In this document: one piece after another, positions 26,491 to 40,159 of the stretch | Layout: each line of letters opens with the position of its first letter | Position numbering within the stretch: position 1 is the first letter of the stretch | Translations under genes and position numbers: made by a program | Notes under the pieces: model-generated | Databases searched by the model: none | What the model was told of the DNA's origin: nothing | What the model saw: only the letters and a program-made list of their open reading frames with translations | From: Lama glama | Taxonomy: Eukaryota | Direction of reading: 5' to 3' | DNA length: 64,000 bases | Assembly (NCBI GenBank): GCA_028534125.1 | Contig: CM052816.1 | Location: forward strand, 95,482,001 to 95,546,000

Positions 26491-26872
26491 AGGCACTAAA
26501 GAGAAGCTTGTTCGCAGAAGTTAAAGATTATTTCTGCTAGTCACTTCTTTATTTTTATGAAAGCAGCCATTTATTTAATATTTCTCACTTATGAGAAGAG
26601 ACTTGACTGATTCAGATAAAGACAAGTTAAGGAAAACCTTTAAATGTCAATAGACAAGCTCCATATATCTGAAAAATTAATATTGAGTGGTGGCTCGAAT
26701 AATCCCTGCATATCACAGAAGAGAATTAAACTCCCGATCATACGCCTGGAACCGAAATACCAAACCATCGTAGTAGAGATGTGATGAAGGGAGATGGTTT
26801 GCGTCTTTAACTACACTGATAAAAGTGTGATCAATTTGCTAATCTTCATTTAAATGAGAAGCAACTGGGGAC

Positions 26873-27100
26873 TCATTCATTCATTCAGCAAATACTTATT
26901 GAGTGTCTGCTGTGTAACAAGCTTTCCTGATTCAGTGTGAATGATGTGCAAGGCCCCTAATCTTACGGGATTTATATTCTAGAAGAGCGACAAACAGGCG
27001 ACTGAACATCACTGTGTGTGAAGTTCTCTGGGAGAGATAAACAGAATGATAGTAGAGAGAGAAACTGTGTGTGTTTGGGGTGAGGGGATGGCATGCTGTG
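26873..27100 (-). mobile_element. L2 3' end fragment
   Basis: tcattcattcattcagcaaatacttattgagtgtctgctgtg. Confidence 0.65.
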
Positions 27101-27741
27101 ACATCAGTCAGGTTTCTGGCTGTCACCACTGATCCCCTTCCCCAAAGTCCCTGATTTCCTTATGAAGAATGAGTTCTCTCCCACTGTGTGGATTCTTGGT
27201 GCCTGCCCTTCGCTGCCTCCTTCCACCCCAGCCAGCCCTGGAATGTGGCTGAGCACGCCTGCAGAGGGACCCCTCATATGTAGCTCCCTGCCCAGAGGCG
27301 GGGTGGGCAGAGGCCGAGTTTTGTGGAACCTTGGAGGTATTCCCTAATTTCCTAGATGTATTCCTGCCAGACTTGCAGAGACATCAGGCTGACTGCAGAG
27401 TCACGTGCGACTTGCTGTGTTGAGGGGATGATGCTTGGTCCTGCAACCTCAGGAAAGAACAGCCCGTTTCGTAGAAGTTCTGTGATTCATACAGCCTGCA
27501 GGTTCTGTAGTTACATTTTAAAACCGTGCCTATAAGTGAAATGTACAGTGTGAGTTTTCCTGTAGAGGTTATTGTGGCTTCTCTGACTGACTGGTTTAAA
27601 TTTTCATCAGTTACTAGGTTAGGGGACATTGATCAAATGTGCACACAGCACACAGCACACAACAGGGAATGAGAGCTACTATGGTTAAGTCAAAAACAGG
27701 ATTCAAGAACGTCTATACAGATTGAAGTCAGGGGCAGCTTC

Positions 27742-28241
27742 NNNNNNNNNNNNNNNNNNNNNNNNNNNNNNNNNNNNNNNNNNNNNNNNNNNNNNNNNNN
27801 NNNNNNNNNNNNNNNNNNNNNNNNNNNNNNNNNNNNNNNNNNNNNNNNNNNNNNNNNNNNNNNNNNNNNNNNNNNNNNNNNNNNNNNNNNNNNNNNNNNN
27901 NNNNNNNNNNNNNNNNNNNNNNNNNNNNNNNNNNNNNNNNNNNNNNNNNNNNNNNNNNNNNNNNNNNNNNNNNNNNNNNNNNNNNNNNNNNNNNNNNNNN
28001 NNNNNNNNNNNNNNNNNNNNNNNNNNNNNNNNNNNNNNNNNNNNNNNNNNNNNNNNNNNNNNNNNNNNNNNNNNNNNNNNNNNNNNNNNNNNNNNNNNNN
28101 NNNNNNNNNNNNNNNNNNNNNNNNNNNNNNNNNNNNNNNNNNNNNNNNNNNNNNNNNNNNNNNNNNNNNNNNNNNNNNNNNNNNNNNNNNNNNNNNNNNN
28201 NNNNNNNNNNNNNNNNNNNNNNNNNNNNNNNNNNNNNNNNN
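27742..28241. other. assembly gap (exactly 500 N)
   Basis: run of N, same length as the first gap. Confidence 0.98.
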
Positions 28242-28829
28242 GCAAATGTTCTCAAGCCCAGGTCTTCTGAGCTTGTGCGTAGCATGTATTTCCTGGCTTA
28301 GCCCTGGCTGAATGCATTCTGGGAAAGACCTCAAATTCATTGCAGAGCACACTGCAGGAGTCTACTTAGTCTCAGCAGACTGACAGACGGACAGACAGAC
28401 AAGAAGCACATCCCCTGGTTGTGTCTTGCTACTTATTGGTGCCATAGTGTGGTCAGCGGTTTGTTAAGATGTTGGACTCCCCTGGGCCACAGTGGAGTGC
28501 TCCTGACCTGGCCTAGGCAGCAAAATGTGCAGGCCTCAGATCTGGGCAGCAGGGGGCACCAGTGGGCCAGCCAAGGACGTGCGCAGACTCATCTCAGTCC
28601 TGCCCAGCAGCCATCCCCCCTCTTCCTGGTGACACAGCCATAGGTCTTCAAGGTGTCAGGTGTCGATGTGTTCAGGCATAGTGGGCCCTGCCAGTTGTCT
28701 GATCCCATCCCCTGGGCATCAGGGTGGGCTGTGAGCAGGTAATCCAGGTCCCATCAGTGAGGTTGGAGGGGATGTGTGCTGGGAACTTTGGAAAAGGTTT
28801 TGTTGCAGTAATACTTGAAGTTTTAGCAG

Positions 28830-29040
28830 CCGTTTTGCAACCAGCAGGGGAAAAATGAAGATGAAACCCAAGATGCTGAGATTGGAGGAGCAGAAAGAAG
28901 GAAAGACGCTGGGTCTTTGGTGATACACTAAGTTGCTGAACTGACCCAGAACCTCTGACATCAAGACGTAATAAACTTATGTTGTTTTTAAGCTACTTTT
29001 ATGTGGGTGTTGTATTACTTGCACTTTCAACAGCCTGACG
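28830..29040 (+). mobile_element. old MLT1 (J/K-like) LTR fragment
   Basis: gagcagaaagaaggaaagacgctgggtctttggtgat...aataaacttatgttgtttttaagctact. Confidence 0.55.
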
Positions 29041-29464
29041 GAGATGGGAGGGTGGAGGCTGCACTGGGGTAGGGTGCCCAGCAGTGTGGAATGGCAGACC
29101 CGTGAGCCCACTCTCCACATCTGGAGGGCGCTAGAGGAGGGAGCACTTTCTAGCAAGGTTGGGCTCCCAGGGGCGGGGGCCCCACTCCCAGAGTAGCTCC
29201 CGGAGTGATGTTTGGGAATTGTACCAAGGCATGAGGGCTGTGAACTTGGACCTGGCCTTCACGGCTGACATCCCAGGAGAGCATCCTGTTCTTGGGGACA
29301 TGGGTAGGGGTGAGTAACAGCAGAGCCTCAGCTGTATCTGCACCAAGGGAGTCCTATAGAGGGAGAGATGGTTTCTCAGGATTAGAGAGGAATTAGGAAA
29401 AGGAAGGGAGGAGATCACCTCAGACTGCCCTCCTTGGCAGGTAGGGTTAACAAGTAGAGGACTG

Positions 29465-29790
29465 TGTTATGGGCAAAATTCCCATGTTGAATTCCTAACC
29501 CCCAGTGTGATGGTATCAGGAGGTGGGGCCTTGGCTTTAGGGCATGATGAGGGGGGCCCTCATCAGTGAGATTAGCACCCTGATGAAAGAGATTCCAGGG
29601 AGCTCCCTTGCCCCTCCCACCACGTGAGGACATGTGAGGAGAGGGCCATCTATGAACCAGGAAGCCCTTACCAGACACTAGAGCTGCCAGCACCTTGATC
29701 TTGGACTCCCCAGCCTTCAGAATTGTGAGAAATAAGTACTTGGTGCATGAGCCCCCCAGGCTGTGGTGTTCTGCTCCGCTGACGGAGACA
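29465..29790 (+). mobile_element. MLT1A-like LTR
   Basis: tgttatggg...cctaacccccagtgtgatggtatcaggaggtggggcc...gcaccttgatcttggactccccagccttcagaattgtgagaaataa. Confidence 0.8.
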
Positions 29791-30619
29791 AGCTAGTAAC
29801 TTAGGAGGGCCACACCCTGCACTACCCAGACCTATCTGGGCTCTCGCCAGCACTTCCTTAGCCCTGGTGAGGAGAGGAAGTTAAAGGGGAGCCAAGCTCC
29901 TAGAAAATTCTCCCATGTGCTGGCCGGCAAGTGCAGGGAACCATCCCACTGACCTGATGGTTGGGGCTGAAGAGGCTCCAGCAGTTCCCCTGGGCCTTTG
30001 GAGGGTGTGGTTGGCACCAGCCTCTCGTAGGGAGGGGTCTCCTCGCCAGGTACCCCCCACCCTCTGCTCACACAGAGGACACTTTTGGCATGGCTTGTCC
30101 CTAAACTAACATGGGTGATGTAAAAACCTAGAACTGGAAAAAGGAACAGAAGAAACCGCATTGATAAGCAGAATGAATTCTAGATGGCAAAGGCTCTTGA
30201 AAGCATACCCTGAGAGTCACAGTTAAAGAGGTAGTGATGTTTACCCTGGATGAGAGAAGGTTTGGAGGAAACAGAACAGAACTTTCAAATGTTGAAGGGT
30301 TGCCGAGCAGCAGCAGAAAGGAAAGTGATGACATGGCTGTTGCCAGGGCTTCTGTGCGCTGGGGTCGTGTTCTCATCCTCAGGGGCGTGGCACCTGGCAT
30401 CACTTATTTTTCTGTTTTAACAACGGGAGCCATCATGAACTTGCTCAGTTAATGGCATAAACTGACCCTGGAGCACGAGGTTTTTACTACACTCAGTTGC
30501 TTCCCTGCAATTCAGCCTGTTCTGTGGCTCTGGGGTGTGAGCGTGGGTCACGGGGTGGCTGCTAGAGAGACGTGGAGTTGACGCTCAGGATGAAGGACAG
30601 TCCTAATAAAGTTGTTTAA

Positions 30620-30780
30620 AGGCAAAGTGTGTTGCCTCTGGACATGGTGAGTCCCTTGTCACTGGAGACATTGGACCGTAGCTGGACGGCCACTTGGTGG
30701 GGCTGTTGCAGAAGGGATCCTTCCACAAGCAGGCTGGGTCCTAAAGGGACCTAAAATGACGATGAGTTTTCCAATCCCAG
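30620..30780 (+). mobile_element. CR1/L3-like 3' fragment (tentative)
   Basis: ggtgagtcccttgtcactggagacatt...gctggacggccacttggtggggctgttgcagaagggat. Confidence 0.45.
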
Positions 30781-31829
30781 CAGGGCTGCTGCCTCCTCTC
30801 GGCTGATCCCCGGCTGATCCCCGTGGGTCTGTGAGGCATCAGAACAGCCTTCAGCGGTGAGGGCGTGTCACACAGCGAGCTCTGCATCCCCAAACACGGG
30901 AGGCTGTGATTCGCGGAACAAAGTAGCTAAGGAGAATTGGGGAGCTGATGAAATCAGAGAGGCAGTATCAGGACTTCAGCTGAGAAATGTGAATCATCGG
31001 AGAGGGAGGATGGAGTCTGTGAAACCCCAGAGGGCTCAGCTGCAGGGAACACAGCTGTGTTCACCAGGTACTGACTAACCCAGGGGACCTTGAAGCGTCT
31101 GGTGGAAATAGGTCCCTAGTGATGCCTCCTCCCCTTCTGACACCACCTCACTCATCACTTTGTCAAGGGAGCAGCCTCATGAGGACCAGAAGCCCCTTGA
31201 TCCTTCTCCGGTTTGTTGGATCACGGATGGGCATCTGAAGCAACTGGCAAATAGACCTGAGCTGAGCTATGTGATTCTATGTTGAGAATTTTAATTGGGG
31301 AACAGAAGGATTGGGGACAGTTAAGTGGGAGTTCAGTCAGGAAGCTGAGGCCAGAGAAACTTGGAGGGTTGTGAGAGACCAGAGAGTGACAGGTTTCTCT
31401 CTGGGTCAAGGGCTCAGTGCTGGGAGCAGGCCACGGTACTAGAGGGTAAGACCCTGCCAGGCGCCTGTCCCCACCCACTGGGTGGCTAGAGCAGAGCTGT
31501 CACTGTCCCTGGAACATCTTAGCTGCCTCCTCATCAGATTCTGTTGAGTGTCCTATTTCTTGAAGATCTCCACTTAGGAACTAGGTTATTTTGTGATGAA
31601 TGAAAAGACTTGTTATGGCAGGTATTAAATACGAGGACCTCATTTTTCCCAAAGATGGCACAGGCCATATACTTAAATATAAAAACGAATATTGATATAA
31701 AGACATCTCCATCTAAATAACACAGTACAATTGTTTAGCTAATGTTGATAGTATTTTGTTAATAGACTTTCAGTCTTTTTTCTAACATCAAATTACATTA
31801 GTAAACTTTTGTGTCTAAAATTATTATGT

Positions 31830-31978
31830 GGGGGGAGGGTATAGCTCAAGTGGTAGAGTGCATGCTTAGCATACACGAGGTCCCAGGTTCAGTCCCCAGT
31901 ACCTCCTCCAAAAGATAAATAAGTAAACCTAATTACCTCCCCCCCAAATTTTTTTAAATTAAAAAAAATAAAAATAAA
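31830..31978 (+). mobile_element. Vic-1-type camelid tRNA-derived SINE, near full length
   Basis: gggggagggtatagctcaagtggtagagtgcatgcttagcatacacgaggtcccaggttcagtccccagtacctcc...aaacctaattacctccccccc plus A-rich tail. Confidence 0.9.
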
Positions 31979-33459
31979 TCAGTAAATAACACAAAAGTTT
32001 CTCACTTAGATAGAAAACTTCGGTCATCTGGAATCCTCTTAGGCAGAACTCCCCCCACTCGGAGTGAAGTGTTCCTGTAATAACGACGCATTATGGTTAT
32101 ACTGGGATTGGCACACTTGTGACCCAGTGGACGGATGCAAATTGAACATGAACAAAAAAGCACATAAATTTTATAGATGAGGGGAATTAGATGTCTTGCT
32201 TTTCTGAATTTAATACTGTGTGAACGTTATCCGAGAAGGGTTGATAAAACAGTAGCTCGTCGATCCCTAGGTTTATTTCAAGGATACAGGGGAGGAATCA
32301 AGTTAGTTTTCCTCTCTGGGATATCATAGGATGAAAAATTGGGCAGCCAAATGTTTTTTTCTAAGAACGAATCCAGATGTCAGAATAATTTCACAAAATT
32401 CCATCTATAGCCCAAACCTGGTGGAGACATTCGCATGGTGAGGTCTTACAGGGTTTGCTCTAAATATAGCTTTGCGGTGTTGTTTGTGGGGAACGTAACA
32501 GCTGAAGAAGGCACAGTGTGTCACAAGACATTAGGCTGAATGCTGGTATCCAATAGCTAGTAGTCAGCACGGTTGTAAGGCAAGTGAAGCTGCTGCTGAC
32601 TCAGTGATCTTCCCTTTCCACTCCTCCCGCACCTGCCTTGTCCCTAGTTCTCACCCTTTACCGTTTGATCTCATAGCCCTTTTATTCACTCTTCTTGTTC
32701 ATTCATCTCTGCTCATCTTTCAGTGTGATATTTTCAAAGGCATTTGCATCTTATTAAGGAGTGTGTTAATATGAATTTGAATGGACTGAAAGAGATGGAT
32801 TTGTCCTGAAGAAGTGTGAGATTCCTTGTCTCCACCTGCCCTTACCCCAGTCCAAACTGCCCAGCTGGTGTGTTCATGCCAGCTCAGGAAGGCAAACTGC
32901 AGTCACCGGGAGTTTCTCTTGACCTGAACAGGTCAATTATGAATGGAAATCCAAAGACCAGAAACTATGACGGTAAGATGCTGCTCTATTGACTGTCTAC
33001 CATGTCATGGACCTTTTATATGTTATTTTAAATTCTCATATTAGCTCTGCAGTGTGGATATGATTTTTTTAGTGGGGTAAGCAGAGGCACTTAGTAATTT
33101 GTTTGCTAAGATCTGCACACTAGTAAGCAAGCAAGGGAGCTGGTGCTCAGGCACAGGCCTGCCTGATGCTGAAACTGTGCAACTTTCCCCACTGCGCTTG
33201 CTGGCTGGGCGTGGGGAAGGCTCCGCTGCTCCGGAATCCATCCCGTCTACCCAGATGGCTCAGGTGTCAGCACCGTCTGAGTAACTCTGAAGCTTGGGTT
33301 CCGTATCTTTCTGAATCACAATAACTTTTTCCGTTGGCACAGGGTGGTCCTTGAGTAATAATACCTTCTAAGCAGAGCTGAATTACCTCCTGCCTGCCCC
33401 ACCTACAGGTAGGCTGGTGCAGACATACTACCTATGTTTATGAATAAACAGCTTGTGAA

Positions 33460-33826
33460 AGTACACATTTGCCCTGGGCCACCATCACAGAAGACTGCAG
33501 ACTGAGTGGCTGGAACAACAGACATTTATTTCGAGGTTGGAAGTCCAGGATCAAGGTGCTGGCAGGGCGGGTGTCTCCTGAGGCCTCCCTCCTTGACTTG
33601 CAGTTGGATGTGTTCCCCCTGTGTCCGCACGTGGCCTTTCCTCTGTGCACGTGTGTCCTTGGTGTCTCTTCTTCTTCTTATAAGGACTCAGTCTTGTTGG
33701 ATTAGGGCCCCACCCTAACAGCCTCATTTTAACTGAGCCACCTCTTTAGAGGCCCTGTCTCTGAGGTCCTGGAAGTTAAGACTTCAACATGTGAATTTGG
33801 GGAGGGCACAATTCAGTCCATAAGAA
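33460..33826 (-). mobile_element. MLT1A/B-like LTR
   Basis: cagactgagtggctggaacaacagacatttatt...aagtccaggatcaaggtgctggcagg...cttcaacatgtgaatttggggagggcacaattcagtccataa. Confidence 0.8.
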
Positions 33827-36395
33827 CATCTTACCAAATTAATTACAGCATCATTTTTGTAAGTAAATAACTGGGCCCAGCCTAAACGTGCATGAGTTAA
33901 GTCATTTTTGGTATATTTGTACGGAGCAGCTGTGAAACAGACTGCGGCAGAGTGACAGGTACCAATGCACATGTGATTTCCAGATAGAGGTTCCAGCGCT
34001 ATATAACACACGTTCTGCAATGGTGAACATTAAATGTAACCTGCCTGATGGAAAAGTAGGGTTAACGGGAGACCATTCAAAGTGGATGCAACTTTGAAAT
34101 AGAGCATTAACAGAATCACTGGTACCTGGGGAGATTACCTGGACTGTCCAGACAGGCAGCTCAGTGGTGCTGGAGGCTGCCCCAGGGGATAATAATGTAT
34201 AAAAATGGCATGGGAATGCTGGTTTGGGGGAACAACACAGCCTCAATGAGCCCCGGAGGGCTGATACCTGCCCAGGACTGTGCGAGGTGAGGGTGCCCCC
34301 TCAGGAGGTTTCTTAAAATACACAGAGAGCCAAATCCCTTCCAGCTGAAGCTACCAATTATATTATCATTCAAAGCTTAGCTTCCTCCCCTTGCAGGAAA
34401 AATCACATATGAACCAATGAGACTTCCAGGTTATTCCTTCCTCTTTGACCAATGGTATGCGAGCTAACTGGTGTTATAGCAACAGGTGTTGCCGACGGGA
34501 CTGTTGTCAGGTATAAAGAGCAAGGGGCGGAATGGTGATGTTTGCTTCTATTTATGTCAACAAGGGGCAGACACGTGCTCACACATGCGTTCTCTCTCTC
34601 TCACATACACACACACTCACACACACGCTCACACACATACCCTACCCAAAATAATCTGTGAATACATACCTGAAATAATCTATGAATACACAAGAAACTG
34701 GTAATAGCTTTTGGATCTTGGGAGGGTGGCATTTGGGACTTAAGGTGAGAGGAAGACACCTTTCATTACATAGTCTAGAATTTTTTTTTTGCATTTTTTT
34801 ACCCTTCATAATGACTTTTCAATGAGAAGTTTAACTTTTAAAAGTTCACATGCACAGATAGAAGATTAACTTTGACTCACATGAAATGCCGCTTTTTAAA
34901 GCACATTCAGGAGAGAGAACTGCTCAGCGATAATCTGTGTGCTGGGCTGTCGCGACCGTGCACGCTGGTAAATGAGAGTGGGAGATCGATCGCTGGGCGT
35001 TTCAGCAGTCAGAGCGGAGCTCTGGTGAAGTTGGAGAGCTGAAATTCAATGATCTGTATTGGATAAATATTATTTGTGATTTTTTTTTCACCTTCAAGTC
35101 TTTCCCTCTTTTCCCCAATATATATCTTTATCATAAAATGAAAGAGAGAAACACATGATTTGTGAGGTTTAACTTGACAGCTTAAAGAGCCCCAAAGTCT
35201 GAGGCTGGAATACGGGAGGTTGGGGGGGGTGTGAGGTGGTGGATTCAGTGGGTGGGGGGATAGGAGGGCAGCTCTGGGCAGAGCATCCCTCCCTGGGTAA
35301 GACCTTGCTCTCCGCCCTCCTTCCTGGCCTCTGAGGGTCAGGGCCAGCCCCCGTCCCTCGCTCTCTCCCTCATTATCCTTTCTTGCCTTCTTTGGGAGAT
35401 TGCCGCTAATTTTTAGAACTGGTTATGCCCAACACCAAATTTTGACAGCGAGTTAAAAGCCAAGATGCTTTCTCTTGCTTTTTGTACTTTCTAAAAAAGG
35501 ACGCATTGGATAGACTAGCAAGTGATGTACATGAAGCAGTGCTGATGGAGCTGTTCGGTTATTGATCCTAAATAACCATCAATCCTGCCTGAAACATTCC
35601 TTTGTGTCTAGGGAGCCCCTGGGCGAATGCTTCCAGGGACTGGCAGTTCACTCCCCGCCCTGCAGGCAGCGTGCCTACCTTGGGCACCCCTGTGAGAAAT
35701 GCCTTCTGTAAACCCAGCTCACACCTGGCTCCCTAGTGCTTCTCACCTACTGGCCTAATTTTACCCCCTGAGAACCCCCTGAACAAATCTAATGCTCCCT
35801 CCATGGCCTGAAACTTCAGAGATTTGAGGGGCTATCCCCTGTCCCCAGTGAAACTTCTGTTCTCGAAGTTCTTCATATAAACGAACATCCTGAGGCTAAC
35901 TTCTCCTCTTAACAGAAGCTAGATCTTGTATTATCTTTCTAAAGTGTGGCTCCTGGACCTGGACACACCCCAGGTATGGCCCCACCAGCACAGAGGAGAA
36001 TGGACCCCTCCCTCATCTTCAGGTTAGACTGACACATGACACTCTCTCACGTGGAATTTTTAGTTAAGCTTGTAAGTCATCTGTTCCATATTATAATCTT
36101 AAATAAACCACTTGTGTGAATTTTTTTTGACCTAAGTAGGTTTTAGGTTTTTGAAACAAATAAAGAAACTTAAATATATTCCTTTTGAAATTTATCGTGT
36201 TTAATTTACCCCACTGCCAGGGGTTTTGAAAGGACTGCTGGATCCTAATCTCATCATCCAATCACTTGGTTGTCCCTGTGGACTTGATGCCACCCACAGC
36301 TATAACAACCATGCTGTTAGTGTTCTCATCCACGTCGTTTGAAGGAACCAGCCGCAACCTTTGAATCAGGTGGAGCCCTGAGACTTCCCCACCTG

Positions 36396-36495
36396 TTATT
36401 TTGGGGGGAGGTACTTAGGTAATTAGGTACTGGGGATTGAGCCCAGGACCTTGTGCCTGCTGAGCAAGAACTGTCAACTGAGCCGTTCCCTTCCC
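36396..36495 (-). mobile_element. Vic-1-type SINE with internal deletion
   Basis: ggggggaggtacttaggtaattaggtactggggattgagcccaggaccttgtgc; TSD-like tgagacttccccac / tgagatcttcccac. Confidence 0.75.
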
Positions 36496-36571
36496 TTGAG
36501 ATCTTCCCACTGTAACCCATGTCTTTGCTCTTCCGGCCACACTCTTGGAGGCTGTTGGTCACTGAGTTTAT

Positions 36572-37566
36572 TTTTTTATTTTTTATTTTCTTCTTCCCTT
36601 CCTTCCTTTCTCCCTTCCTTCCTTCCTCTCTCCCTCCCTCCCTTTCTTTCTTTATTTTTTATTGAAGTGTAGTTGATTTACAATGTTGTGTCAGTTTCAG
36701 GTGTACAGCAAAGTGATTCAATTATACATATACATACATATAGATTTTCTTTTCAGATTCTTTTCCATTATATGTTATTACAAGATATTGAAACTAATTC
36801 CCTGTGCTATGCAGAAGATCCTTGTTGTTTATCTATTTTACATACAGTACTGTGTGTCTGTTAATCCCCAGTGCCTAATTTATCCCTCTCTGCCCTTTCC
36901 CCTTTGGTAACTATAGTTTGTTTTCTGTGTCTGTGAGTCTGTTTTTGGTTTGTAAATAGAATTTGTATCATTTTTTTTAAGATTCCACACATAAATGATA
37001 CCATATGGTATTTGTCTTTCTTTGTCTGACTTACTTCACTCAGTGTGGTAGTGTCTAGGTCCATCCATGTTGCTGCAAATGCCATTATTTCATTCTTTTT
37101 TTATCCACTATAGGTTATTACAAGATATTGAATATAGTTCCCTGTGCTATACAGTAGGACCTTGTTGTTTATCTATTTTATATATAGTAATGTATATCTG
37201 TTAATCCCAAACTCCTAATTTACCCCTCCTCTCTTTCTCCTTTGGTAACCATGAGTTTGTTTTCTATGTCTGTGCATCTCTTTCTGTTTTGTGAATAAGT
37301 TCATTTGCATCATTTAAAAAATTCCACATATAGGTAATATGTGATATTTGTCTTTCTCTGTCCGACTTATTTCACTTAGTATGATCATCTCTAGGTCCAT
37401 TTCATGTTGCTGCAAATGGCACGATTTCATTCTTTTTCATGGCCGAGTAATATTCCATTGTATAACTATACCACAACTTTTTTACCCAGTCATCTGTCGA
37501 TGGACATTTAGGTTGCTCCCGTGTCTTGGCTATTGTAAATAGTGCTGCTATGGACATTGGGGTTGT
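36572..37566 (-). mobile_element. 5'-truncated cetartiodactyl-type L1 3' end with internal ~340-bp duplication
   Basis: attgaagtgtagttgatttacaatgttg 3' UTR; ORF2 tail AFAATWMDLDTTTLSEVSQ; 13-bp TSD tcactgagtttat at 36559-36571 and 37567-37579. Confidence 0.9.
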
Positions 37567-37984
37567 TCACTGAGTTTATACTCTCTCTACTCAGTGACAC
37601 TCTCTTACAGCTCGTGTTTCTCTGTCTTGACTATAGGGACACGTAGATGAGCATGTAGCCAGATTGTCACCTCCATGTGGACTTTGTCACTGTATCCCAG
37701 CTTGGAGGACAGGGCCTGTATATCTTGGGAAGTCCTTAAGTATTTGTTGAATAAATGGGTGAAGGAAGGGTGTCGGGGGAGAGTTGGTCACATGTCTTAC
37801 CTGAGTGCAGCTACACTACATTTTCCCTTTATTCCACACCCCGTGATGTTGGCTCTCTAGTTAAAAAAGAAAACTGTCCATCCTGCCACGATTCATTCCT
37901 AGCCATCCATACTATCTCCTGTAGTCTCTGTTTTTTTTTTTGACTCATTATTTTTTATTACTTGCTTTCTCACTTTATTTTTCC

Positions 37985-38520
37985 TTTTAAAAACAGGTTT
38001 ATTGAGGTCTAATTGAAATACAACCCCCAAAACCCTGGGCATATTTAATGTACAGTTTGATGAGTCTGGACACGTCCACACACCTGTGAGACAACCACCA
38101 CCGTCTAGGTAATAAACATATCCATTACCTCCAAAGTTTCCTCCTGCTGTTTTGTTTTTTCCATTGCTGTTGTTGTTTTGGTGGAAAGAGAACTTAATGT
38201 AAGGTCTCCCCTCTTAACAAGCTGCGAATTGTACAACCCTGAATTGTTCTCTACAGGCACTACAAGGGGCAGTAGATCGCTAGAAGTTACTCTTCCCACA
38301 CAACTGAAACTTTGCACCCATTGAACACAGCTCCCCATCCCCCTCCACCCAGCCCTGGGCAGCCCCCGTTCCACTCTCTGCTTCCGTGGGTTTGACTGTT
38401 TTTGATTCCTCGTGACAGTGGAATCACACAGTACGTGTTCCTCTGTGACTGGTTTACCTCAGCGCAGTGTCCCCAGGTCCATCTCTGCTGTCACGTATGG
38501 CGGGAGTCTGTTCCGTTCTG
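37985..38520 (-). mobile_element. L1MA/MB-like 3' end
   Basis: tttattgaggtctaattgaaataca...aactgaaactttgcacccattgaac...ctctctgcttccgtgggtttgactg. Confidence 0.75.
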
Positions 38521-40159
38521 TGGGTGTGCAGAAACCTTCCGGGCCCAACTCCCTTGCTCGCCCGCAGTTTCCAGAACTGCCCTTCTTCCTCTCTCCAGGA
38601 CCAATATTTGCCACCACTTATAGCTCTCTGGCACCTCTCCTGTTCTACATGATTTCTTCAACATCCCCAGTAATCATCGCTGTCTCATTTACACAATAGC
38701 TCAACCTTCTGGACAGCATTTTATTCCGATGTGGATTCATTAAGAGCAGTTAACTGTCTCCCTGTAGATTCAAAAAGCCCAAAGCTGAATACACTTCTGC
38801 TATCCGTTCTGTTTTTTAAAATGACTATGAGATGCTCACAATGCTGGTTCCTTCCTGAGTAAATGAGTCTAAATTTGAAATTTCTAATGCAAAAGTTTTT
38901 CTTAGCATAATCACTAATTGAGATACCATTTTCTCTACTAACAGTTTTTCATTTATAATATTTTGATTAAAATCTAAGTATTTTGGGGTGATGCATTCTA
39001 AAAAATAGACCAATGGATTTCATATTTACCATGTGTTTCTGCTTTTATTTACAATCTACAAATCATTTTCTATTTAATAGTTTTTTCCGTCCATCACTTC
39101 AGCTGAGCTGACTTCTCCCCCCTCTGACATTCACCTTCATATTATTTTCCATCCTGTCCCTCTTGCATCTTGGGTCCTGGCATGTCCTGTGCGTTCTTTC
39201 TGTCCTTGATGGGGTCTCAGGTCTTTTCCTTGTACATTTTAATTTTTTCCAAATATAATTTTCAGTTGGAAAATTCATGCCCTAATGAAGCCTCTTGTCA
39301 TTTTGTCTTATTCACGTTTAACTAGGCTTCATCTTGGTTTTTTTTTTTAAGTTTTAGTTTGTAGCCTATCTGCTGATGCAGCATCACTTTTGTTTCCAGT
39401 AAATGAAAGGAAAACATTCCCATCCACTTAGTAGTTGGGCAAAAGGAAGAAAACAAGCTTGAGTGCCCAGCAATCTTCTGAGATGAGATAAGTTTGTGAT
39501 GGATTTACATTTTACTGTGTTTCACAATTTGGTTCTCAGGTTGATGTTTTGAATCTTCAGTAGTTTGGTGACTATTTGTTAAGATTTTTACTTGATGTTT
39601 TTTAAGCCCTGAATTTTGATCCGATATAGAGTTTCCATTAAAATAAGGTTCTGGGTTTTTTTCAGGTGTAAAGAGTTTCTTTGCTACAGAACACAGTGGG
39701 TTACACTCAGACTGATACAAACAAACAAATGTTTCATATTGTCCACATGACTATTGGTCAAACCCTACAAACTGCTAGGAAACATGAAAATTGTTCAGAC
39801 TGATTAGGATGAATTCTGTCCCAGAAGCAAGCGAACTATTGCTGGAATTAAAACAAGAAAGAGGATCTTACTGTTCAATCTGTACATGGAGGGAAATGAT
39901 GATGAAGGACAATGATTTGCTATTTAGTTTTTTCCCCCACAGCAGGAGAAAGTTTCAAAGGTCCAAAGTGGGCTTAATGTGTTTTTCTTTTGGTTTTCAA
40001 TCCTTTGTTCAGAAAAACCAATATTCTGGCTTAAGGAAATAGAAATATCTTCCAAGTGTAGGCCGATAATGATACCATATGTAAGTACCACGTAGAATGT
40101 TTTAACCGAGTGTTTTAAAGTGTTAATGGTAAAGTATGACAGCTATACGCTGTAAGAAA

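Noticed and set aside
31830..31905. Possible tRNA-Ala gene
   Set aside because: It is followed by the SINE body and A-rich tail and recurs as diverged copies, so it is a tRNA-derived SINE rather than a tRNA gene.
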